In this document: piece after piece, positions 51,732 to 61,558 of the stretch
How the letters are laid out: the number at the start of each line of letters is the position of its first letter
Position numbering within the stretch: the stretch's first letter is position 1
NCBI GenBank assembly: GCA_965214705.1
Contig: OZ243972.1
Span: forward strand, 2,496,001-2,560,000
Length of the DNA: 64,000 nt
Direction: 5' to 3'
DNA from: Alphaproteobacteria bacterium
GTDB lineage: Bacteria; Pseudomonadota; Alphaproteobacteria; UBA828
Notes under the pieces: model-generated
Told to the model about the DNA's origin: nothing
Database searches by the model: none
Seen by the model: the letters and a program-made list of their open reading frames with translations, nothing else
Position numbers and translations under genes: made by a program

Positions 51732-52555
51732 GGCCGCGCCTCCAACGCCGCCGTGACCGTCTGTTTGCCCAGGCGGCGTACCAGCTCGCGCCGGTAGCGG
51801 GCGCTGGCGTGAACATCGTCGGCGGCGTCCAGAGACCAGGCCAGCGCGTTGAGCGCGTCGTCGAGCGCGCTGCCGGCGAGGAGCGGCCAGTCCTGGACGA
51901 CCGGTTGCTCGGCCACGCCACCGACGCCGATCCTGATCCCGTTCGCCCGCGCGATGACGGCAATGGCGACGATAGCGAAGTCCCCGTGCCGGCGCGCAAA
52001 CTCGGTGAAGGCATAGCCAGCGCTCGGCTCGGCGGCGGGGAAGCGCACCGCCGACACCATCTCGTCCTCTCGGCACGCGGTCGACAGCATCCCGGTCTGG
52101 AACTCGGAGGCCGACAGCGTCCGCGTTCCCGCGCGCGAGCGCAGCACAACTTCGCCGCCCAGCGTCGCGAGGCAGAGCGGCAGCTCCGCGCTCGGGTCGG
52201 CGAAGGCGATGGAGCCGCACACCGTGCCCCGGCTCCGGGTCTGAACGTGGCCGAGCAGGGGCAGCGCCTGGGCCAGCAGGGGCGTGCGCTCGGCAAGCGT
52301 GGGCCAGGTCTCCAGGGCGGCCTGGGTCGCTGCCGCCCCGACCTCGATGGCCTCGCCGCCGTCCTCGATCCCGGCGCGGCCCACCAGCCGGGAGATGTCG
52401 ATGAGCACTCCCGGCTCCACCAGCCGCATGTTGAGCATCGGCATCAGGGTTTGGCCACCCGCGAGCAGCCGCGCGTCGTCCCCTGCCTCGGCGAGGGCCT
52501 CCAGGGTCTCCTCCTCGTCGTCGGGACGCAGATAATCGAAGGGCGCGGGCTTCAT
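51728..52555 (-). CDS. hmfB: Molybdenum hydroxylase FAD subunit, HmfB-like
   Basis: MKPAPFDY, LAGGQTL, RSRGTVCGS, RRHGDFA. Confidence 0.75.
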   Translation of the reverse strand: MKPAPFDYLRPDDEEETLEALAEAGDDARLLAGGQTLMPMLNMRLVEPGVLIDISRLVGRAGIEDGGEAIEVGAAATQAALETWPTLAERTPLLAQALPLLGHVQTRSRGTVCGSIAFADPSAELPLCLATLGGEVVLRSRAGTRTLSASEFQTGMLSTACREDEMVSAVRFPAAEPSAGYAFTEFARRHGDFAIVAIAVIARANGIRIGVGGVAEQPVVQDWPLLAGSALDDALNALAWSLDAADDVHASARYRRELVRRLGKQTVTAALEARP

Positions 52556-52645
52556 GGCGTCCCTATACCCGGATCAGGGGCGCGTTGGTATCATGGCGCG
52601 ATCCCCCGAGCCCGCCGGCAGGGCGGTATCCGCGAGGAGCGTGCC

Positions 52646-52849
52646 ATGAAATTGAAGGTGATCGTGCATGAAGCGGAAGAGGGGGGCTACTGGGCCGAGG
52701 TGCCCGCAATCCCCGGCTGTGCGACGCAAGGCGAGACCTTCGAGGAACTGCTGAGCAATCTCTACGAGGCGGTCGAAGGCTGCCTCTCCGTGGATGTCCG
52801 CGATATCCCCACCTCCGGCAGCGACAGAATCGTCGAGATCGCCGTGTGA
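52646..52849 (+). CDS. hicB: HicB-family antitoxin
   Basis: EEGGYWAEVPAIPGCATQGETFEE; GAGGAG RBS. Confidence 0.9.
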   Translation: MKLKVIVHEAEEGGYWAEVPAIPGCATQGETFEELLSNLYEAVEGCLSVDVRDIPTSGSDRIVEIAV

Positions 52850-53052
52850 AAACCGTCAGTGGGCGGCAGTTTTGTCGTGTGTTGGAGTTGCGGGGGTGGA
52901 AGATGATGCGCATCAGCGGAAGCCACCGCATCTACGCGAAAGCAGGGTCGGACGTCCGCATCTCGGTTCCTGTCCACGGCGCCAAGTCGCTCAAGCGTGG
53001 CTTGCAGAAGCATTTGATGAAGCTCGCCGATATCGATGAGTCTGAGCTGTAG
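52846..53052 (+). CDS. hicA: HicA-family toxin
   Basis: GW...RISGSHRIY..ISVPVHG; GTGA overlap with hicB. Confidence 0.9.
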   Translation: MKTVSGRQFCRVLELRGWKMMRISGSHRIYAKAGSDVRISVPVHGAKSLKRGLQKHLMKLADIDESEL

Positions 53053-53079
53053 TCCCCAGCGTCCAGTTGCGCCTCTCAC

Positions 53080-55482
53080 CTACGGCGCCAGCTTTTCCGG
53101 CCCGTGGATCAGGTCGCCGATCCGGGCGGGCGTGAGCGGCAGGTCGAGGCTCCCGACCCCCAGTGCGTCCGCCACGGCGTTGGCGAGGCAGACGGGTGTG
53201 GTCATGCAGTTGCCTTCGCCCACGCCCTTCGCTCCCAAAGGCGTCGCCGGTGTCGGGATGTCGCGGTGCAGGATGAGCGGATCGGGCACCTCGCAGGCGG
53301 TCGGCACCAGATAGTCGGCCAGCGTGCCGGAGAGGAAGCTTCCGTCCTCGGAATAGGCGAGCTCCTCGTAGAACGCGGCGCCCACGGCGTGGGCGAAGGC
53401 GCCCCGAATCTGGCCGTCCACCAGCGCCGGGTTGAGGCGCCGGCCGGTATCGTGGGTGGTGACGTAGCGGTCGATGGCGACGGCGCCGGTTGCGCGGTCC
53501 ACCTCCACCCCGCAGAAATCGAAGATGAAGCTATACGCCGCCGAGTTGTTGATCCGATCGTCGTCATCGGGTGGGGTGAGCTGGGGCGGCGTCCAGCGCG
53601 CGGTTTCGCGTAGCGCCGGCGGCACGCCCTCCGGCAGGCTGCCCGGCGACCAGTGGACGAGCGATGCCACCCGCCGGAAGTCGAGGTCGTTCTCGGGATT
53701 GCCCATGGCGAAGACGCGCCCCTGCTCGAAGCGCACGTCCTCGGGCCGAGCGTTGAGCTGCTGGCTCGCGATCCGCGCGAGGCGTTCGCGCACCCGCACC
53801 GCTGCGAGGTGTGCGGCACCCGCGACCGCGCCCGAAAAGCGGCTCGAATAGTTGCCCGCGGCGATCGACCAGGCATCCCGCTGTGTGTCGTGCTCAAGCG
53901 CGACCGTAACTTGAGCCGGCGCGAGGCCCAACGCGTCGCCCACCACCTGCGCCAGCACCGTGCGGTGGCCCTGCCCCTGCGGGATCGAATCGGCGGTCAC
54001 GGTGACGGCGCCGAGGGGGTCCACCGCAACCGTGGCGTGGCTGACGGCGCCGTCCTTCGGCCCCGCCTTGCGCCGCTCTTCGGCGCTGAGCACGGTTGTG
54101 ATGTAGCCCATGTTGGAGATGCTGGACTCCACCGCGGCGGCGAAGCCGATGCCATAGAGCCGGCCCTCCGCCCGCGCCGCGTCGCGCTTGGCGCGCAACG
54201 CGTCGAGCGCGCCTTCCGCCACGCCGTGATCCACGGTGGCGGGAAAGTCGCCGGCATCGAGCACCGCGCCGGCGGCGGCGCGATAGGGCATGGCGTCGGC
54301 CGGTACCAGATTGCGCCTCATGACCTCCAGCGGGTCGAGGTCGAGGGTTGCGGCCACCCGTTGCATCAGCCGCTCCAGTGCGTAGTAGAGCTGCGGCCCC
54401 CCAAAACCCCGGTTGAGCCCCGTGGGCGTCTTGTTGGTCACGACCACGCGGTTGTTCACCGCGAGATGGGGGATGCAGTAGGGGCCGGTGAGGTTGCCGT
54501 GGTTGCGGTAGAGCGTCGCGGGCTCGGGCGCACGCAGGTAGGCGCCGCAGTCCTCCAGTTGGTCGAGGCGAAGCGCGGTTATTCTCCCGTCTGCCTCCAC
54601 CGCCGCTTCGATCCGTGTCATCCGGTTGGTCGCCGATGTCGCCGCCAGCAGGTGCTCCAGCCGGTCCTCGATCCACTTGACCGGGCGCGCGGCCTTCCGC
54701 GCCGCGAGCGCCATCGCGACGATGAGCGGGAAGACCGCCTGCTTGATGCCGAAGCTGCCGCCTGAATCCGGCACCGAGCGCAGCCGGAGCCGCGGCCCCG
54801 GCACCTTGAGCGCCCGCGCCATGACCGGGTGCAGCGTGAGCGGCCCCTGGAAGTGGGAGAGCACGTCGTAGGCGTCGTCACCAGGGTCGTACTCAGCGAT
54901 CAGACCAAGGCATTCGATGGGGGTGCAGGAGTTGCGCGGATAGCGCACCGTGGTCGCGACCATGTGCGCCGCCGTGTCGAACGCCGCCTCCGGCTCGCCG
55001 TAGCGGAACGACCGATCGCTGACGAGGTTGCTGCCGACCTTCTCGTGCAGCACCGGCGCATCGCTGTTGAGCGTGGCCTCGGGATCGACGACGGCGTCAA
55101 GCGGCTCGTAGCGCACGTCAATCAACGCGAGCGCGTCCTCCGCCCGGTAGCGGTCCTCCGCCACGACGATGGCGACCGGCTCGCCGGCGTAGCGCACCCG
55201 GTCGGTGGCGATGCACCAGTGCTCCATGGGCTGGCGCACGCTGACGATGAAGGGCGTGGACCAGGCGCGCGCGTCTTCGCCGGTGACCAGGGCATGGACG
55301 CCCGGCAGCGCCTCTGCTGCCGCCGCGTCGATACCGGCAAGGCGAGCATGAGCATGGGGCGAGCGCAGGATGGCGGCATGTCCGGTGCCGGGCGCCACCG
55401 GCATGTCGTCGATGTAGCGGCCGCGGCCCATGAGGAGCGCCGCATCCTCGACGCGTTCCAGCGCCGTGCCGAGCGTGCTCAT
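53080..55482 (-). CDS. hmfA: Molybdenum hydroxylase large subunit, HmfA-like (2-furoyl-CoA dehydrogenase)
   Basis: RVED.L..G.GRYIDD, GGSFGIK, RGFG.PQ, QGQGH, GAKGVGEG. The family is certain; the substrate is inferred from gene order. Confidence 0.75.
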   Translation of the reverse strand: MSTLGTALERVEDAALLMGRGRYIDDMPVAPGTGHAAILRSPHAHARLAGIDAAAAEALPGVHALVTGEDARAWSTPFIVSVRQPMEHWCIATDRVRYAGEPVAIVVAEDRYRAEDALALIDVRYEPLDAVVDPEATLNSDAPVLHEKVGSNLVSDRSFRYGEPEAAFDTAAHMVATTVRYPRNSCTPIECLGLIAEYDPGDDAYDVLSHFQGPLTLHPVMARALKVPGPRLRLRSVPDSGGSFGIKQAVFPLIVAMALAARKAARPVKWIEDRLEHLLAATSATNRMTRIEAAVEADGRITALRLDQLEDCGAYLRAPEPATLYRNHGNLTGPYCIPHLAVNNRVVVTNKTPTGLNRGFGGPQLYYALERLMQRVAATLDLDPLEVMRRNLVPADAMPYRAAAGAVLDAGDFPATVDHGVAEGALDALRAKRDAARAEGRLYGIGFAAAVESSISNMGYITTVLSAEERRKAGPKDGAVSHATVAVDPLGAVTVTADSIPQGQGHRTVLAQVVGDALGLAPAQVTVALEHDTQRDAWSIAAGNYSSRFSGAVAGAAHLAAVRVRERLARIASQQLNARPEDVRFEQGRVFAMGNPENDLDFRRVASLVHWSPGSLPEGVPPALRETARWTPPQLTPPDDDDRINNSAAYSFIFDFCGVEVDRATGAVAIDRYVTTHDTGRRLNPALVDGQIRGAFAHAVGAAFYEELAYSEDGSFLSGTLADYLVPTACEVPDPLILHRDIPTPATPLGAKGVGEGNCMTTPVCLANAVADALGVGSLDLPLTPARIGDLIHGPEKLAP

Positions 55483-55573
55483 GCGTTGCCGAGCCGTGCC
55501 TGCGCTGCCATCGAACACCAGTGGTCCAATGCACCAACCGACCACCCCGGTTCACGACGGCCCGGACAACGCC

Positions 55574-55681
55574 CACCTCCCCCTGTCCCCCTCCCCCAAA
55601 GGCGGAGGGGGGACGCAGACGGCGCCGCCCGTTCTCCCTCTCCGCCCCTGGGGGCGGAGAGGGCCGGGGTGAGGTGGGGGT
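55574..55681. repeat. REP-like double-hairpin palindromic element
   Basis: TCCCCCTCC-CCCAAAGGC-GGAGGGGGGA and CCCTCTCCGCCCC-TG-GGGGCGGAGAGGG, bracketed by CCCACCTC...GAGGTGGG. Confidence 0.7.
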
Positions 55682-55740
55682 TTGTCAGACTGCTCTGCAT
55701 GCGAGACAGGGACGATGCGCCAACCAGGTACGATCCCGTT

Positions 55741-56967
55741 CTAGTTGTCTGACCAGCCGGGAATCAGGCGGTTGGACGGCAGCGTCTCGTCAGCGGCCTT
55801 GTGCGCGGTCTCGACGCCGCCGACCGGCAGCCCTCCCGGCTCCAGCAGGCCGATCTGCACCAGCACCGAGGCCTGATCCCAATAAATATGCTCGTGGTGG
55901 AGCCTGTCGCCGCGGAAGGCGACGATCGCCACCAGCGGCACGCTGACCTTCTTGCCGGTAGGGGCCACGCCGGGAAGCATCCAGTCGATCTCCTCGTTGT
56001 GGGTGAAGCTGAAGATCAGCTCGTCCACCACCCGGTCGGCGCCCACGGTACGCGAAAGCGGGGTCAGCGTCGTGTCCTTGGGCATCTTCGGGATGAAGTG
56101 CTCGGTATAGAAGCGGCTCAGCGCGTCGGCGCCGGTGCCCCCGGTCATGGTCGGGATGTGGTTGACGTAGGGCTCGGCCACCATGGTGGCCATGGTCTTG
56201 GCGGTGTCCCGCGTCGTGAACTCGTAGTCGAGGTGACGCTCCCACAGCCTCTCGAGGTCGTAGCCAGGGCCGATTGCACCCCGCAGCAGCGCGATGGTGC
56301 GCGAATGGGCGATCATGGCGGACGGCCGGTGATAAACCTCGCTGCGGTCGTGGTTGTAGAAGGCGTGATCGACGCCGGGATAGACGTGGATCCGCACCTC
56401 CGGCCGGTCCGCGAAATGGGCCGTGACGGCGTCCACCGCCGACTGCGGCACGAACGCATCCTCGCCCGCGAAGTGCATGAGCATCGGGCAGCCGATGCCG
56501 CCTGACTCGTCCAGCGCCTCCTCGATGCCGACACCGTAGAACGAGACCGCCGCATCGATATCGTGCCGTGTGGCGGTGAGGTAGGCGAGCTTGCCACCAA
56601 GGCAGAAGCCCATGGCAGCCACTTGGCCCGTGCACTCCGGCCGCGCCCGCAACGCCTCCACCGCGGCGCCGATATCCGCGACGCCTTGGTCCACGTCGAA
56701 GCGCTGGTAGAACGCGAAGGCCTTGGCAAAGTCGGCCTCGCTGTAGCCGAGGTCCACGCCGGGCTCCATGCGCCAGAAGAGATCGGGCACGAGGCAGACA
56801 TAGCCTTCCTCGGCGTAAAGGTCGGCGATCGCCCGCAGGCTCGCGTTGACCCCGAAAATTTCCTGTTCGATCAGGAGGCCCGGCCCGCTGCCCGCCTCCG
56901 GAACCGTCAGATAGCCCCTGAACGCGCCGCCACCAGCGACGGGAATATCGATCATTGCACCTGCCAT
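55741..56967 (-). CDS. Dienelactone hydrolase fused to a SnoaL/NTF2-like domain
   Basis: QEIFGVN, PDLFWR, GFCLGG, YPGVDHAF; then WERH...EF, PYVNHIPT.TGG.G, EHIYWDQASVL. Confidence 0.88.
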   Translation of the reverse strand: MAGAMIDIPVAGGGAFRGYLTVPEAGSGPGLLIEQEIFGVNASLRAIADLYAEEGYVCLVPDLFWRMEPGVDLGYSEADFAKAFAFYQRFDVDQGVADIGAAVEALRARPECTGQVAAMGFCLGGKLAYLTATRHDIDAAVSFYGVGIEEALDESGGIGCPMLMHFAGEDAFVPQSAVDAVTAHFADRPEVRIHVYPGVDHAFYNHDRSEVYHRPSAMIAHSRTIALLRGAIGPGYDLERLWERHLDYEFTTRDTAKTMATMVAEPYVNHIPTMTGGTGADALSRFYTEHFIPKMPKDTTLTPLSRTVGADRVVDELIFSFTHNEEIDWMLPGVAPTGKKVSVPLVAIVAFRGDRLHHEHIYWDQASVLVQIGLLEPGGLPVGGVETAHKAADETLPSNRLIPGWSDN

Positions 56968-57501
56968 GAGAGGCTCTCCGCTCCCTTTGCACGGTCCGTG
57001 TCGGCCCATTCCATTCTGCGTCCGCTCCGCCTTTGCCGCAACGCGCGGGACAGCACACCGGCGCTCGGACAATTCTCTGTCAAATCAATGCCATTCGGGC
57101 ATAAGGGGTGCTTATGCCCTGCATGAGAATTCGGTATTGGACCGGATCAAGGCATCCAGGCACTGTCGACCGCGTGGCTGAGAGCCGTCGTCGAGAGCGG
57201 CCCGGTCACAGGGAGCGGAGCAGGAAGGCATCTCGTAGTCTGCGCCCCAGTACAGGGGGGCAGGGCGAGCGGAGGAGACGACAGAGCGATCCGTCATAGC
57301 CCGCGAAGCGAGGCATCCGAGCGCTACGGGATCGCATGTCGGCTCATCCGGTTCCGAGAGACATCGAGCTCCACGCGTAGACGAACACGAGGGACCGGGC
57401 CCAGGACAGAACGCGGGCCCAGCGAGGGGGGACGGCTGCCTCCAGAGCACGGAGGCGGTCGTCCCTGTTTCTGCGGGCCTTCGATGCTCCTGGCCGTGGC
57501 C

Positions 57502-58926
57502 TCAGCCGGCGCGGAAAGGCCCGCCAAAACTTTCTGCGGTGAAACGGGAGACGCGCAGGCCTTCGGACCGGTGATCGGGCGCGACTTCGGCCTTGCGCTT
57601 GAGCTTGTCAACGAACTGTGCGGCGACCGGAAAGCGCTCCCAGACGCTGGGCAGGAACACGGCGCGGCGATCGCCGTCCTCCAGGACCAGGCCATCGCCG
57701 TCCGGCCTGATCTGGCGCAACAGGTCGGCCTCGTCGGCGAAGCGGATCGGGCGCGGAGTCGAAAGCACCGAGACGCTCGCATCCACTCTACCAAGCTCCG
57801 CCGCCGTCATCGGGCCGAAGCGCGGGTCTTCGAAGCCGGCCTTGTAGGCGTTGGCGGCGACATCGAGCAGCAGCGGCTCTCGCGCCGCGATCGTCCCGCA
57901 GCAGCCCCTGAGCTCGCCCGCGACCCTGAGCGTGATGAATGAGGCCCGTACCGCCCTGAGCGCTGGCGGCAGATCGGCGTCGAGAGTCGCGGCCATCGGC
58001 CGGCCGTTCTCAACTCCGAAGGCCAAGGCAGCCCGCGCGGTGTCGAGGAGCCGATCCCGGTCGTCATCCGAGAGCCGGGCGGACTCGGCGTATTCCATCG
58101 CGAAGGCGCCGTAGCCCACCACGCGGCCCTCGGTCCCGCTCGTGTCGCCGGAATTGCGGACATCCAGCGCCGTGACCCGCAGATCGAGTTCCTGAGCACG
58201 CTTGAGCGCGCCACCGAGGCCCCGGTAGCCGCAGGCGCGCTCGCCGTCGATATCCTCCGGCTGCATGAGCTCGATCCGCCTCGCCGTCTCGCCATCGAGC
58301 CGCCTTGCCGTGTCGTAGTCGTGGAAGTGCGAGAGGTCCGTGGAAATCAGGATCAGCGTCTCCGGCCCGCCCCAGAGCGCCTCCAGTACCTCCGCCACCT
58401 CGTCTTGGCTCGCGGCGCCCACGAGGACCGGCACGATCGAAAAACCATCCAGTACCCGCTGCAGGAAGGGGAGCTGCACCTCCAGGCAGTGCTCGCGCTC
58501 GAAGGCGGCATCGGCAACGCGAAAGCCCGGCCGCGTAAGCAGGGGCTTCATCGCCGGCCAATCAACCGGGACGGTGCCGAGTGGCGAAGCCCAGGCGTCG
58601 GCGGCGGTGGTCGCCACGCCGGCGAAGTCCACGCGATGCGCGGGCCCCAGCATCACGACGCGCGTGATGCGGCCGCTCCGTTTCGCGAGGGGCGCGTACG
58701 CGGTGCCGGCGATGGGGCCGGAATACACGTGGCCGGCGTGAGGGGCTACGATCACCTTGGGCTCGCCCGGTGGCGCCGGTCGGGCGCCTTCGAGGCAGCG
58801 CGTCACCAGATCGGCGCATGCGCCGGCATCGGCCGGGTAGAAGGTGCCCGCCACCTCCGGCTGCCGCACGGTCGCGGGTCCCGCAGCGGAAGACATGGCC
58901 GGAGCATGAGCTACATCGTCTGTCAT
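57502..58926 (-). CDS. amrB: AmmeMemoRadiSam system B (Memo) fused to A (AMMECR1)
   Basis: VAGTFYP, PHAGHVYSG, EHCLEVQLPF, STDLSHF, VVGY; then LRGCCG, EDPRF, FLPSVW. Confidence 0.9.
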   Translation of the reverse strand: MTDDVAHAPAMSSAAGPATVRQPEVAGTFYPADAGACADLVTRCLEGARPAPPGEPKVIVAPHAGHVYSGPIAGTAYAPLAKRSGRITRVVMLGPAHRVDFAGVATTAADAWASPLGTVPVDWPAMKPLLTRPGFRVADAAFEREHCLEVQLPFLQRVLDGFSIVPVLVGAASQDEVAEVLEALWGGPETLILISTDLSHFHDYDTARRLDGETARRIELMQPEDIDGERACGYRGLGGALKRAQELDLRVTALDVRNSGDTSGTEGRVVGYGAFAMEYAESARLSDDDRDRLLDTARAALAFGVENGRPMAATLDADLPPALRAVRASFITLRVAGELRGCCGTIAAREPLLLDVAANAYKAGFEDPRFGPMTAAELGRVDASVSVLSTPRPIRFADEADLLRQIRPDGDGLVLEDGDRRAVFLPSVWERFPVAAQFVDKLKRKAEVAPDHRSEGLRVSRFTAESFGGPFRAG

Positions 58927-59000
58927 GTGCCCCCTGCCCACACAGGCCCGGTCACATGAGGTGATCCGGCTTCGATGTTAGTTGAGCAACAGGAGCAGAG

Positions 59001-61496
59001 TCACACGATGCCGAGCGCCGCGACAAACTCGCGATAGGGCGCGAATGCCTCGTTCACGCCCTCCGGCGTGAGGTCGTAGTCCTCCAACTGATACTCGTGC
59101 CGCGGCTCTTGCCGGCGTTGCTCCTCTTGGAGCGTGAGCCACTCCTGCATGGCGCGGGCGGAGGCCGCCTCCAGGGGCCAGCCGAGGCGCGCGTAGATGT
59201 CGTTCACGACCGCCATCGGATCGTCGACCAGATCGGTATAACGCACGTCGACCCAGCGTTCTTCGAGCGCGGGTTTGGAGGCGCGGAACTGCATCGCGCC
59301 GTTCAGCACGCCACTCATGAAGGCCAACTGCTCGGCGCCGGCCTCGTGCGGCGGTCTCGGCTCTGTGGAAAAGCCTCGAATCCGCTCCACTATACTGTTC
59401 CACGAGCCCATAACCTCGACGGGCTCGCGATGGGTCTGGATGAAGACGGCATCCGGGTAGGTCTCCAGCAGCACCTCCAATTCTATGAGATGAAAAGGCA
59501 TCTTGAGCAGCCAGTGCCGCTCTCCTTCCGACTCCCGTTGCCGCCGCTGCCAGGTGAAGTGCTGCATGACGCGCCGGTGATGCGCGTAGGCATTGCGTGA
59601 CCCGGTTTCTGCGAGCCAACGGCCATAGGCCGGTACGTGATACGCGGTCGCAAATATCCAAGTCGAGAAGGTAAGCCAGAGTATCCACAAGTCCTCCTCT
59701 GGCTCGTCGATATCGGTGCGGTGGAGTCCGGCGAGCGTATCGACGACATTGGTCGCGCCCAACAGCTCTTTCGCGTAGGCCCGGCGGGGATCGTCGGCCG
59801 TGCCTGCGACAGTGGCATATTCGCCTGAAGGCAACACCGGCTCGGTCAACTCGTAGCGTCGTAGCGCCCAGAACTGCGGATCGCGCGACAGCAGGCGATG
59901 CAGAAAAGTCGTGCCGGTGCGGTTGATGCCGACGATGAAGACCGGCCGTGTGATCCGCTCCCGCTCGATCTCGGGGTGCTGCCGCCGTTCGCGGGCGAGC
60001 GCCGCATTGCTGCGGAGTGCGCGGGTCAGTCCGTAGATGATGTGGCTGAGCCGCGTATCCCGCAGTCCGGCCTCCGGGGATTTCAGCGCCTCCACGAGTT
60101 GCTGGAGGCCGGCGCGCATCCACGAAGGGTAGGTTGGCTCGAAGGGCACGCCCATTCGTTGGGCGAAGCGCTCTGCCTGAGCGATGAGACCGTCGAAGTC
60201 CAGGTTGCCCTGCGGAATTGGATAGGGCCATCCCTCCCGATGACGCCTGACCCAGTCGTAGGAACGCGCATGGCGTATCAGCAGTGCCGGCCACTTGATC
60301 GGGTGGGGGCAGTCCGCCCGAATGGCGCGGTCGCAGACCATCGCCGTGCGCCGGGCCTTGTCCTCGCTGAACCAGTAGGGCGCAAAATGGTCGATCAGCA
60401 CCCACTGGCCGCGCAACGGAGACTCCTCCCCGAGGGCCTGGCACGAACGCCTGAAGGATGCGTAGGGAACGCTCTGCCAATAATAGCCTAGATCGGCGAC
60501 TTCCAGATCTTCGTAAGGGGGCTCTGGATCGCAGCAATGGTAGATGGTGAAGCGGCGGTTGGGGTTGAGCGAAATCGCCGTGCAGATTTCGCTGACCGTG
60601 TCGACCGGCTCGGCGTTTCTTTGTATCGAAAAGCCATGCGGTGCCTTTCCCAGTTGCGTCGCGGCGGCAAACAGGCGGGCTGGAAGGTCGTTCGCTTGCG
60701 TATACCCCGTGCTGGAGAGCCCCATCTGCGGCAGGCGAAAGATCGCGACCGGCACGCCCGCCGCCTGCGCGATCAGGACGCCTTGCTCGGCCACCAGCTT
60801 GCTCCACGGGTACCCGATGGCGCCGAGCGGAAAGGTTATTTTCATGTCGGCGAGGTCGGGCTGCATCTGATCGTCGATGCGGCTGCGGCTGTGCTCTTCA
60901 CCAAAATCGCAGAAATACGCCGGGAAAATTCCCATGGTGGAGCCGTAAAACAGATGCTTGAGGCGGGTCCGCAAGCAGAGCTCGAGCACGGAACGAAGGC
61001 CGAGCGTGTTTTCCTCGCGAATATCGGCGTAGGACATGACGAGGCCCACGTTGGCGGCAAGATGGTAGACCGCGTCGATCCGCCGGCAGAGCTCGTCGAA
61101 CGCGGGCTCGCCTAGACCGAAGCGTTCCTCGCAGGCGTCGCCGGGCACCACGCGCAGCCGCGGGGCGAACTCCTCCTCCCAGACCTCGGCGCACTCCAGT
61201 GCGTCGCGTATCCGCCCCAGCCCATGCTCGGCGCTCTTGGCACGGACCAGGCAGTGCACGATCAGCCGATCGTTCTGCCGCAGGAGCTCGCGCAGGAAGA
61301 AGCGCCCCACGAAGCCGGTCGCCCCGGTCACAAAAACCTCCTGAAAGTTGTTTGGGGATACCGCCGGAGCTGGGGCCCCCTGCGCGAGCGTCTCGTGAAC
61401 AACGCGACGCAGCGCGTCCACGTCCTTGCGGCATTGCGGCGGCAATTCGCCGATAAGAGGCGGCACCGCTCGGTCGGCGGCAACTGGCACGTTCAT
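59001..61496 (-). CDS. Thioester reductase fused to a sulfotransferase (SwfB-like)
   Basis: TGATGFVG, HCLVRA, GYPWSKLVAE; then PVFIVGINRTGTTFL, WLLKMPFH, THREP. Confidence 0.88.
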   Translation of the reverse strand: MNVPVAADRAVPPLIGELPPQCRKDVDALRRVVHETLAQGAPAPAVSPNNFQEVFVTGATGFVGRFFLRELLRQNDRLIVHCLVRAKSAEHGLGRIRDALECAEVWEEEFAPRLRVVPGDACEERFGLGEPAFDELCRRIDAVYHLAANVGLVMSYADIREENTLGLRSVLELCLRTRLKHLFYGSTMGIFPAYFCDFGEEHSRSRIDDQMQPDLADMKITFPLGAIGYPWSKLVAEQGVLIAQAAGVPVAIFRLPQMGLSSTGYTQANDLPARLFAAATQLGKAPHGFSIQRNAEPVDTVSEICTAISLNPNRRFTIYHCCDPEPPYEDLEVADLGYYWQSVPYASFRRSCQALGEESPLRGQWVLIDHFAPYWFSEDKARRTAMVCDRAIRADCPHPIKWPALLIRHARSYDWVRRHREGWPYPIPQGNLDFDGLIAQAERFAQRMGVPFEPTYPSWMRAGLQQLVEALKSPEAGLRDTRLSHIIYGLTRALRSNAALARERRQHPEIERERITRPVFIVGINRTGTTFLHRLLSRDPQFWALRRYELTEPVLPSGEYATVAGTADDPRRAYAKELLGATNVVDTLAGLHRTDIDEPEEDLWILWLTFSTWIFATAYHVPAYGRWLAETGSRNAYAHHRRVMQHFTWQRRQRESEGERHWLLKMPFHLIELEVLLETYPDAVFIQTHREPVEVMGSWNSIVERIRGFSTEPRPPHEAGAEQLAFMSGVLNGAMQFRASKPALEERWVDVRYTDLVDDPMAVVNDIYARLGWPLEAASARAMQEWLTLQEEQRRQEPRHEYQLEDYDLTPEGVNEAFAPYREFVAALGIV

Positions 61497-61558
61497 CGTA
61501 TCGTCCCAGGCTCTTTCATGTGCCGCAGCGGGGTCCGTTCTCCTGTCGCCGGATCGTG

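Noticed and set aside
39424-52573. CTATACCCGGA at both 39424 and 52563
   Set aside because: Only 11 bp, no extended similarity and no element structure; compatible with chance.
53080-55482. Aerobic CO dehydrogenase (coxL form I)
   Set aside because: Lacks the AYxCSFR motif (has GLNRGFG), and the CoA ligase/crotonase context points to an acyl-CoA hydroxylase.
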